Positions 50,136-61,500 of a stretch of 64,000 nucleotides of DNA are shown one piece after another. Position numbers and translations under genes: made by a program. The notes beneath the pieces were generated by a model. The model did not search any database, had not been told where the DNA came from, and saw nothing but the letters and a program-made list of their open reading frames with translations. Source of the stretch: Trichoplax adhaerens (Eukaryota; Animalia; Placozoa); the NCBI RefSeq assembly GCF_000150275.1, contig NW_002060943.1:5538008-5602007 (forward strand), read 5' to 3'. How positions within the stretch are numbered: position 1 is the first letter of the stretch; each line of letters begins with the position of its first letter.

Positions 50136-51997
50136 TCAGCTACTTTGTTGTTTGTACTTTCTAAGGTATTTCTTTGTTATCGCAATCATTGATTGCCACA
50201 TTTCGTTACAATAACCGCTGCGGCGCACCATTGGAAGGTACTTCTTCAATGGATCGTAGATACCTTTAGGGACCCCTACCTTAAAGTCATAGCCATGTAT
50301 TACATCATACACCATACGGAAAGGTGGAAAGTCGTCTTTGTGAAATATTTGTCTATTTCCATGCAACAGCGATATGCCGTTTTTGTCTGCATGTTTGCAG
50401 TCATTACGCCCATATCGACAATGATCCGGACGATAATTCCAGTCACATGTAAAGGTATATAACATTTCTATATAAAAAGATATATTAATATCAATGCATG
50501 TATCATTCTATGTCTATTATCCAATCAACTCGTTGCAAATTTGATGTACCTGGATGAAAATGAAATACAACGTTTAAAATATCTTGATCTCCAAATACTA
50601 TTCCAGATTTATATTCCTGATATAATTTTAACACGATATCATTCCAATTTGCTTTCCGCATTCTCGTTAGATTCATTAACATTATACCAGAATTTATTCC
50701 AAGTTCTCCATAATAGGGATGTCGTGCATATTTATTGTACCATCCAGTCGGAGCATCTTCACCTTCAGGTGATACTGCTGCTAGCTGAGTTGAGTTCAAT
50801 TTATCGAAAAATTGCCATAAATCTTCAGGGGGTCGCATAAAAAGAATATCTGTGTCCAAGTAGATCAATGCATCGGTCTTGACGAGTATGTCCTTCATAT
50901 AAAAAGGAATTTAGCATGAACTGCTCAATGACGTATTGTACATGCAGTACAGCAAAGTAGATTTATGTTAAGCTAAGCTATTTATTAGCATTGTACTCTA
51001 TCGTGCAGTAATTCTTACGGGTAGAAATAAGCGTTGGCAAGCGCATGGTTTAAATAACTTTTTCCACATATCTTCATTATCCGCAGGAAATTGAATCGGT
51101 AGTACGTCATACGTTATGGTGTTTTGATTGACTTTAGACATTTCTTTTAACTGAAATAGGAATTTGAATAGAACAAGTATAGCTATTCAACATTCATCGA
51201 TGCGATTAAAATATAGTAAAATTATCCTAGCGCCCGTTGTGTACTTACCCTTTCACGGATTGGAGTATGTAAGTGATCTTCCGCTAAAACGTGATAGTGT
51301 AAATTGGTAAATGAAAAAATGGCAGCAGATTTTAACATTGTTAAAGCTTCTTCCATTCTATCGCCACATATTACAACAGCAAGATGAACAGTCAGGTCCT
51401 TCCTAGAGTTGATTTACAGTCAGTTTATACGCGTAAAAGAATGACATACTGTAAGTACTGTAACATAGAATTGATGATAAACAAGTTCAAATCAAAGTAT
51501 TTGACCATTAGTACAGTAATACTGTACAATTTGGATATTATGACTTGCAGAGGTATCAATATGTGTACTGTATACTGTCTATGTGCGCATATACCTAGAT
51601 CGATATTGATCATTTAAGTTGCTTTTAACCGATTAAATCACAATCCAATTTCGATACTACAGGTAACTTAGTAAGTGAACTGCATAAGCTCCTATCTACT
51701 GTACCTTCCTTTGATCGCATCGATGGATTGATTTCCTGGTTGACTCTCGTGGAAAGTTTCAGCTTTTCGATTCTCGTTGACCTGATCATTCTTTTGGCTT
51801 CTATGAGCGATTACTTTATTTAAATGGGATAATTGACTATGATCGGCTTGAATGGAATCGACTTCCTCTTGGATTTGTTGCATCGTACCATCTTGTGCAT
51901 GAACGTTATTTCTTCTGATAATATAGAATAGGATTAATGTAGCAATGAAAGCAATAGTCGTTCGTCGCATATTTAAGAGCTTGAAACGTAAGAACAT
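50136..51997 (-). CDS. GXYLT: Glucoside xylosyltransferase (GT8, GXYLT1/2-like), copy A, ~417 aa, 5 exons
   Basis: Exons 51997-51705 (type II signal-anchor), 51402-51249 (HLAVVICGDRMEEALTMLKSA), 51150-51019 (WKKLFKPCACQRLFLP), 50892-50550 (YLDTD, HPYYG..GINSGIMLMNLTRMR, GDQDILN) and 50467-50136 (CDWNYRPDHC, LHGNR); 1254 nt in frame. Confidence 0.93.
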
Positions 51998-52219
51998 TCA
52001 CTGGGTTCTCGGCTATGATTGCTTGCAATTCTTATCGTGTTAATATCATATTACAGTATAGTTAAATTGAAATGAATTAATTATAATTATCGTTGTATTT
52101 GCTTTTAAAGATTGAAATGGCTGGTACTGACTAGTGAGGAAGATTGAACTCTTGTACATACTATAGCTGTTACGGTACGGTAGAGTACTGTACATTATTA
52201 GGTAGGGGCACAGAGTATA

Positions 52220-53125
52220 CCTAAGAATGTAATGTACTGTACCAGTTGCAGTGCTTTGCCAGTAACGTTTTGACTACAGGATAACTGGAGTGTACAGTGT
52301 ACAGTCCCGATTCTGTACTACAGTACTGTACACTGTACATCCACCGACACCAACCTTTCACTACACTGTCGGACTGTCCAATGTCCGTGACACTGGTGTT
52401 CAGTATCAACAGCGTCCACCTAAGAATGTACACTGTGCTGTACTCTACTGTACCAGGTGCTATACTGTACATTGCCAGTACCGTACTGGCAATGCATACG
52501 CACGAGTAACGTTTTGACTACTGGATGACTGGAGTGTACAGTGTACAGTGTACAGTCCCGATTCTGTACTACAGTACTGTGCACTGTACATCCACTGACA
52601 CCAACCTTTCACGACACTGTCGGACTGTCCAATGTCCGTGACACTGGTATCAATTATTCAACATTCAACAGCGTCCACCTAAGAATGTACACTGTACTCT
52701 ACTGTACCAGGTGCTATGCATTGCCAGTAACGTTTTGACTACTGTACTGGATGGATTACTGGAGTGTACAGTGTACAGTCCCGATTCTGCACTACAGTAC
52801 TGTACACTGTACATCCACTGACACCAACTTTTGATGACACTGTCCATTTGTCCAATGTCCATGACACTGGTATCCAGTGTCATGGTACATTGTACAGTTA
52901 CAGTATTGTACAGTACAGTACTGTACCAGGTGCTGTGCTTCGCTAGTATCGTATTGACTGCTGGATGACTGGAGTGTACAGTACAGTGTACAATGTACAG
53001 TCCCGATTCTGCACTACAGTACTGTACACTGTACATCCATCGACACCAACCTTTGATGACACTGTCCATTTGTCCAATGTCCATGACTCTGGTATCCAGT
53101 ATCAACAGCGTCAGTATCAAGTGTA
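52220..53125. repeat. Tandem array of 4 units (~220-250 bp), each containing a hairpin, between the divergent GXYLT genes
   Basis: Marker cagtcccgattctg at 52302, 52553, 52776 and 52998. Unit 1 has arms tgtacagtgtacagt (52291-52305) and actgtacactgtaca (52325-52339), a perfect 15-bp inverted repeat with a 19-nt loop. Confidence 0.93.
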
Positions 53126-53317
53126 TGACTCGACCTTGTATAATATTAGACATGAGTAGACAAAGTTGAATGGTTGCAATGCCATTGGTTGCAACGTTGC
53201 TCCGCCATACAAAAGCAATCGACATTTCTTCGTCGATATTGCATCCAAACGTCTGGTTTTACTAATAGAAATTGATCTTTTAGTTGATAGTTGATTGGCC
53301 AATTTCAACTATCGTGG

Positions 53318-56086
53318 ATGTTTATACAATTGAAATCATGTAGAATGCGACCAACTGGAATTTGCTTCTTGATTGCATTGATAATTATTTATGTTCTAAT
53401 CAAAAAGCATTATGTTGTCGCTCCTGATGGTTCCTTTGAAGAATTAATAGCGGACGCCAAGTCCATTGAAGCCGATCATGGCAGATTGTCGCGTTTCAAT
53501 AAAGTAGTCGTATTTAGGAATGGAAAAAAGGGCAATATGAGCCAAAGTGGAAAGGCAGCTGCCTATACTGAAACTGGTAATTTCACCCTTTCTAAGTATA
53601 GGATGAATGAAAGGTAAGTTATGCTTTCATTGGACTAACTAAGCCTGCAATGATGCATGATTATTGTACAACTGACGCCATTGTTGATAGACTGACTTTA
53701 CGACAAAAGCGGATAACACAAAATCCTAGATACACTACTGTACTATGTACTATTTTAGATGGCATTGATTGAGCTATTATCTTCCAACTAAACTTAATGT
53801 GCTTCCATTACTCGTTATAGAAGCAGGCTGAGTGGTCTAGTAACGCCTAAAATTGAGAAAAGTTAATTATTTGTTGTCAAAGAGTAATTTTTCTTGCTTC
53901 CAAATATATGCCTGCTGTACGCCGTACGCGTATAGTTCGGCCAGATCGATATCGTAATAGCAATAGAAAAATAATTCAACTGTACCTTTTAATTTCTTTA
54001 AGTAAAGTTAGAATTATCGACCATTTCTATTTGCGCTAACTCAGTACACTGTGTATAAATTAAGTGTAATTACTGTACACTCCGTTATTTACTGATTATA
54101 TCACGTTGATGCATAATTCGGCAACTTATCATACTCCATGTTACCGAATTTTGTACCATAATGAATTGTTGATCCTCATACTATGTAACACTGTATACTA
54201 TCATTTACTGTACTGTACAGCATATGCTTTTGGGTATTAGAAAGCTGCAAGATAGAACACTCTGATAGCTGGCTTGTAGCTTCCTTTGATGAATCAATAA
54301 ACAAATATTAGCATTAATTATAGGCTAGTGAGCAATGAATTATAATTCTATGGCAGGCATACTGGCTAGAGTCTCAAAGATCTTGTATAATGTAGACTAT
54401 CTGAAAGGAAGTGTCTTCGCTTGCGATGATTCGCTGTACTTAAATAATATAGCTGTACCATAGAGGTAAGAAAAAAAAGAGGTCGATTTTTTCTTTCCTC
54501 CACAAGCTAGAATACAGTACACTGTATTCATCAGCTACTCTATCATCTGTACAGCATACTGGATTTCATCATTTTTGAAGGGCGTAATTTACCCCTAGGA
54601 TGATAATTTGCAACAAGTTATTCTTTTTAATGGTAATCATAATTCGAATTGACGTTTATCATATTATTAGGAAGAATCTTACTGTTCAACTCGCCGTTGT
54701 GATATGTGGCACCAGACTGCAAGAAGGTTTAATGATGTTAAAATCAGCTGCCGTTTTCACGCTAACTAAGTTACATTTTCACGTTTTTGCTGAGGATCAT
54801 TTACACATTCCGATCCGCCAGAGGGTAAATTACACGTACAAATATCAATATTTTGATGCAAACTTTGCATTCAAGAGTCACTTTCGGTCATTAATTATTG
54901 ACAATATTTCAATCATACTAAAATTAGAATTTAACATTTGTTTTTTCGCTTTCCTTTCAACTGATACTTTTATAGTTAAACGAAATATCTGTTATCAGCC
55001 AAAATACCATAACCTACGACGTACTACCGATCAAATTTCCTAAGGACAATGCAGATATATGGAAGAAATTATTTAAACCATGCTCTTGCCAACGCTTATT
55101 TTTACCTGTAAGAATTGAAGGAATATCGTACAATATAGTAGAGGAGAAATGGACAACTTACTCTTAATACTTGTATAACAAACATTTACAATATAGTAGA
55201 GGAGAAATGGACGACGTACTGTTAATACTTGTATAACAAACATTTACATTGTGTATGAAAGCTGTGATTCGATCTTCCGTAAAATAATTCTGCAAAGTCT
55301 ATCAATCTTACGCTATGAAATGTTTCATTTCTTGTCTTTTTCAGTATCTACTGAAAAAAACCGATTCACTAATCTACTTGGATACTGACATTCTTTTCAT
55401 GCGACCCCCTGAAGACTTATGGAACTTCTTTAATAAATTTAACGCAACTCAGCTAGTAGCAGTATCACCAGAAGGCGAAGATATCCGAACAAGTTGGTAT
55501 AATAAATTCGCACAACATCCTTATTATGGAAAACTTGGAATAAATTCCGATGTAATACTAATGAATCTAACGAGAATGAGAAAAGCCAATTGGAACGACA
55601 AAGTAACGAAAGTATATCAGAAATATAGATCTAGCATTGTTTTGGGAGATCAGGATATTTTGAATGCAATATTTCATTTTCATCCAGGTATATTAAACAT
55701 AATTAGCTGATTGACAGTAGATGTACGAGTAGATGTAAATTGATGTTGATATATCTCGTTGTATAGAAATGGTATATGTTTTAACATGTGCCTGGAATTA
55801 TCGTCCAGACCATTGTCGATATGGTCGCAATGACTGCAAACATGCGTATAAAAACGGCGTATCCCTGTTGCATGGAGATAGACAGACATTTCATAAAAAT
55901 GATTTTCCATCTTTTCGCATTGTCTATGAAGTAATACAAAATTATGACTTCAAGACAGGCGTCACGCGAGGCATCTACAATCCATTAAAGAGGATTTTGC
56001 CAATGGTTCAAAAGAGCTACTGTAGTAGAATATGGGAATCGATGATTATGATATTGAAGAGATACCGAAGAGAACATAAACTGTAG
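53318..56086 (+). CDS. GXYLT: Glucoside xylosyltransferase (GT8, GXYLT1/2-like), copy B, ~414 aa, 5 exons
   Basis: Exons 53318-53613, 54671-54824, 54976-55107, 55345-55687 and 55767-56086 (1245 nt, in frame). Internal exon lengths 154/132/343 are identical to copy A. YLDTD, GDQDILN and WNYRPDHC are retained; AATAAA at 56290. Confidence 0.92.
55129..55248. repeat. 58-bp tandem duplication in GXYLT-B intron 3
   Basis: tacaatatagtagaggagaaatggac...ttaatacttgtataacaaacatt at 55129 and 55187. Confidence 0.9.
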
Positions 56087-58335
56087 AACCAATGAAGAGC
56101 TACAGTAACTGAAAATTGGAACTGCATTTTTGACATATTAACTGATATTGTATTATTCTTGACAGCCCGCAAGGTGTTGCCGAATACTTCATGCCAACGA
56201 CGTAAATGTTTTTACAATTACCTAGATTCGCTAAATGAAGAGTAGTAATGCTTATAAATGTGTTCTTATGTGTTGTATATTTACTGTATAATAAAAATTT
56301 TCACATTCTAGTGTTATTGTTATTTTCAAAGTGACGATATGAATGTAGATAAGCAACGCCGAAACGATGGAATATAAATGTGTATTAATATGGCGTAATG
56401 AAATTAAAAATTAAAGATAAATCAGCTGCACACTACGAATTTCATATACAGCTTGATTTGAAACTTTTGCATTAATACTACTGCATTTCGTTAAATTATA
56501 TGAGGTACTTATGTGTATTATGAAATGATTGATATCAAATTGTATAAATTTCTTAATTGTATTTGACATTATTATCACAAGGTAATATACCTTTGGTTCA
56601 CTTAATTATAGACTTCTGAAACCTACTAATATTTAAACAGGATTCTAAAGGTCCATGGCCTCATTTTGCTGGATGCACCGTTAAATTATTTTCTTTCAGA
56701 CTGAAGTTTATAATCTATTTATATACTTTAAGTTGGCTTGATGCCTACAAATGTGTAAGAAAGTTATTTGACAGCGGTATATCACTGCCAAGTTCTATTT
56801 ACGTTAAAGTTTGATTGTATTAATTTAAATCTCGCCAACTGTAGGCTAGGACTATCACATACAGTGATAATGCTAAAAGATATTTATATGTATTAAATGT
56901 GCTTTAAGAAAAGATTATATCCGTTATGTTGGCAGTGGGGCCACATTAAATATGCTAAATGATTAAAAGTTGGTAACTTGTAGCGTTTATTTCGTGTAAA
57001 TTTTTGACGCCACCTTGAAAAATTGTAAATACTCTTACGTGACGCTGCTATTCAGGCGAGTGATTTCCATATGACCCATATTGCATGCGAAGGAATTGGG
57101 AATCCTGAATTTTCCATGTATCGATTAAATAATAATTATTGAAATATACACTCGGTTTCTTCTTGATATCTTCCCAGTTTTACTGCAATTAGGATGTTTT
57201 GATACTGATTGCGTCTTATGTCGTAGTACTTGCTGAATGATAATGATAAGGTTGCATTAACAGTGGTAAAGTGTGTAAATGTACTACAGTAGTATTACAT
57301 GCCTTGTATCGTTATTCTGGTAAATCCCACCTTCCCTCTTCCGAGCTAGAAAAACCCTGCATCTTTTTTATTTTCTACTGACATTAGCGGTAACATATTC
57401 ACCTCCAGTCTTGACTTCTACAGTAATAAATTACTCCAATAATTATATATAATAGCTAGTCTAACCCATGCTGTCGAGCAGCACTTGAACTTTTGACTTT
57501 ACTGTACTATCGCTGACTAATAGCGGTCCATGTCCAATCGCACGAATAAGATTTTATACTGTACTTGTAATAAGACAGTTACAGTACGTAGACTCTTAAA
57601 TCTCTTCGCAATAAGAGTTATGAACTGCATGCAATGTTAACACAAGAGCAACAGTTAGCGATGTTTACTATTATTTATTTAATTCACGATTTCCACTCTT
57701 TTAAATTATCAAGTGCTCAGTCCTCATTCACCACTTGCCATCTGCTGTATATGAAATACGTTGCTATATGGAGTGCTATAGTTTGCATCCTTGAAAGATA
57801 TATTTTAGCTTGATTTATGGAGTTTTGATGCAGCTTAATTACTAGTTCGAGTTGCAAGATCTGGAGAGAAAATGGTTAGTGTACAAGTGCGAGCCAGTGT
57901 CACATTTGCGCACCTTATCTGGGTGATATAATACCACCGGTTGCTATCGAGGAGGTTGGCAGTACTTGGTGTTATGTATGTAAGAATACAGTAACTTGTT
58001 TTACTGCACCTAACGTGTTAGCAATAAGATAAAGGTAATGAATTACTAAGACAAGGGTATAATACGTGTTAAGGCCATACTATTTCAATGCAGTAAATCC
58101 TAAATAAAAGAGACTTTTTAGTAAGCTTACTAGGAGGAGTGTATCAAAGTCTCTTGTGCTAACGTTAACGACTAAGAGTGGAAACACAACGCTTGGTACA
58201 GTGCAGTACAGTACAGTACTGCTGTCTCCATGACGACCAGTCGGTGTCTGCGCGCTTTCCAAACTATCTCAGTAACTTTTTCGAAGGCATTTGCCACGTG
58301 CTTTCTGCTCCATCTTGACAGGAGAAAAAGTTGAG

Positions 58336-58481
58336 GTAAATCCATTTTGTCATCCAGCCAATTCAGTCTTAAGGTAGTAAAATCATTGGTTTAAAGCTCA
58401 ACTATTCTTATCAACACTGTTATAAGCCATTGTAAAGGCAATACATGAATTGAAGATTTCTTTCTATTTGTGAATCTACAG
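58336..58481 (+). other. Probable 5'-UTR spliceosomal intron of the GHKL/DUF3883 gene
   Basis: Donor GAG/gtaaat at 58336; acceptor tttctttctatttgtgaatctacag ending at 58481, 22 nt before ATG 58503. Confidence 0.55.
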
Positions 58482-58502
58482 TATTTTAAGTGCTATAGCG
58501 CG

Positions 58503-61500
58503 ATGGTGCTGCCGCGTGTAATCGAGGAGAAATCGCACATTGAAAAGTTATTTCGCCAACGCGCTCAAAATGATACCAATTCAACGACTTTAGCCAATAC
58601 CTTGGAAAAAGATATACAGACTGTATTTAATAGTCCGGAAAAATTTGTAATGGAATTATTGCAAAATGCAGACGATGCCAGTTGTGGTGATACATCGGTG
58701 GATGTACGTTTTCGATTTTATAACGGTTATTTAGCATTTTCCCATAATGGTAAACATTTTGATGAAGAAGATGTCGAAGCAATTTGTGATAATGCCCAAC
58801 AAAACTTGCATTCAAAAAGGCTTAATATCAATAAGACCGGATATAAAGGGATTGGCTTTAAATCGGTATTTATTATTGCCGATTGTACTTATATTATTTC
58901 TAGGAATTATTGCTTTCGATTTGATCGTGATTATACTAATTGGAAAGAAAGTGATAGTGATGAAAATCGAGCTGGCCGTTATCCTTGGCAAATTATTCCA
59001 ATTTGGACAGAACCATGTGATGTACCCAAGATATTGCAATTGAATCCAGCTGATGTCAATTTTTTATTTCGATTACGCAGTAATAATGATGTTATTGTAT
59101 CTGCGCTAAATATTTTGAGTAATACACCACGAACTATGCTATTTTTACGCCATATCCAAAATATCGTCATTGATAATCATGGTAGTATTACATGTATTAA
59201 CCGACGCAATGAGCTTACCTCGCAGCAACGTTATGACTTATACCTAAATAATGTATTGAAGAGCTCTTGGCATGTTATGGCCTATAGTGTCAATATTCCA
59301 AAGACAGTCTTAGCTCAGTTACAGGCAATGGGACCGCAAGAATGCCCCGAAAAGCTTAAAAAAGCTAAAAATATAGAGATTAAATTTGCAATTAATATCG
59401 ATCCTGTAGAAAATACCAAGTTAAACGCTCTCGATAAGAATGCCAACTTATTCTGCTACCTACCGACATTGGTCAATTGTGGTTTACCCTTTCTAGTGAA
59501 TACAGATTTTTTGTTAACAGCCGATCGAATGCAATTATTATCCAATGCATGGAATAATTTCTTATTCGAAAGTATTGGTAAGCTACATATTACTTCATTA
59601 GCTGAAATGGTTCAGTTTCCTGGTTTTCGGGATGATATATTAGCGTTATTCACTCGACGATTGCAATCATACACTCAACAACAATTTATCAATGCTTACG
59701 ATAAAGGACTTTTAAGCGAAATGCGAAATGTCGCATTTGTACCATCCAATACTGATGATTCAAGATTGCTAAAATACAACGATGCTATTGCTGATAGTAC
59801 GGGATTTTTCAAGATTTTTCCTGGTATCGATCCACCAGTTGAACATCGGTTAATAAATTATAACTTGAGTAACGTTAACAAATTGCAACATCAATTTACT
59901 CTCTACGAGTTATCAACCATAATTGAAAAGTATGCCGCGAAAAGTACCAGTCTACAATTTCATCGCAAGCTGTTAACTTTCCTAATGCAACAATTTGTTG
60001 GACCAGATAACCTTGCACGTGCTAGCCTTGGAAATATACAACATTGTCTAAGTGGAAAGCGAATTTTATTAGCTGCCAATTTTAAGTTAATTTCTAGCGA
60101 TATTGCATACTTTCCTACTAAGAATCATCTTCAAATTTACCCTAAATTTCTCAATATTGAAGCTATCCATCCAAAGTTATTGCATGTGCGTGGATTAAGG
60201 ACATGGTTAAGGATGGTTGGTGTTAAAGAGTTGAACGATGTTAACTTAATTTTGGAAATAGAAAATATCGTCAGAAATAATATGGAAAAATTTAAAATAG
60301 AATTATCTATGGAGATAGTAACATTATTGTGTAACATTGATACTTCATTAATTTCCGGCGATTCAATATTAAATTGCTTACCGTTATTAACCAAGGATGG
60401 TAGTATGATCTCTGCAAAGTATTGCTTTTTGCCGTCTCTACTCTACCCTGATGTAGATATCGAGGAGATAATACAGACCGATGTCGGGTTTGTTTCTGAA
60501 AGGTATTGCTTATTAAATACAACTGAAAAATTAAGAAAAACATTGCTAGATTTAGGAGTGCAACAAAATCTTCAATTATGCTTACAATCACCTGTAAACT
60601 TGGTGGATAAAAATAGGATTGACTGTTTCAAGGATTATTATGAACATCTTGTTCAAAATGATCAAGCTGATGTCTTGATTGTTAGTCAAGTAAATTTAGC
60701 TTATATGCCATTAATGCGTTGCTTATCCCATGAAGATTACGCTGAACATTTTTTTCGCCAGTTAATGGAGCAGGAGGATGCTGTCATTGAAAATTTAAAG
60801 GATTTTAAAGTTAAAGTCCGATCCAGTAGACAACGCAATGATTGCCCTATACCATCCTATCTAGCTTTCATGTTATCCTTTACCCAGTGTATCCAAGCCA
60901 ATGATGGTAAATTGTATAAAATGTCGGAGTTGTCCACACTAACATTACGAAAACGATTAGGTAAACACTTAGCTGGATTATTACCACAAATGAAATGTGA
61001 CCTTGGGCAATCAGTGATTAAATTGTCTGATGACCTTATGCTTTTACTTGGTGCTCGCGATATTTTAGCTATTGAAAATGCCGTAAAATTACTACAAGTT
61101 GCAGCTATGGATAGCTCACCGAAGCAACAAAAGTACTTTAAGAGAATTTATTTGGCAATGATTAAGTCATCATATACTGCTGATGAGCAGAAATATCTTC
61201 GACATCAAAATATATTACTCTTAGCTTCGGATAATTCATTGCAAGATTTTAAATCTTTATACTTTATTTGTGGCGACGATTTTGACATTAGCCATAATAA
61301 GAAATTAATAAAATCAATGCCAGGTCTAACGAGTGATGCTATGCTCGTAATTTGTCGGTATTTTAAAATTCGTGAAATAAAACTCGATGACTTGCAAATT
61401 AAATATAGAAAGGCAAAAGTCAACACAAATTTAAAAAGGGATATTGTTAATCTTTTTAAATTAACTGCCAGTATTGAAGAAGATGTCGAATCTGATAAGG

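Noticed and set aside
52221-53225. Multiple overlapping ORFs (MYSVQSRFCTTVLYTVH...)
   Set aside because: Products of the stop-poor palindromic tandem repeat, open on both strands, with no domain signal.
58470-58502. GTG-initiated N-terminal extension of the GHKL protein, and likewise the TTG starts given for mTERF (46510) and GXYLT-B (53291)
   Set aside because: These are eukaryotic genes and in-frame ATGs follow closely; 58470 lies within a predicted intron.
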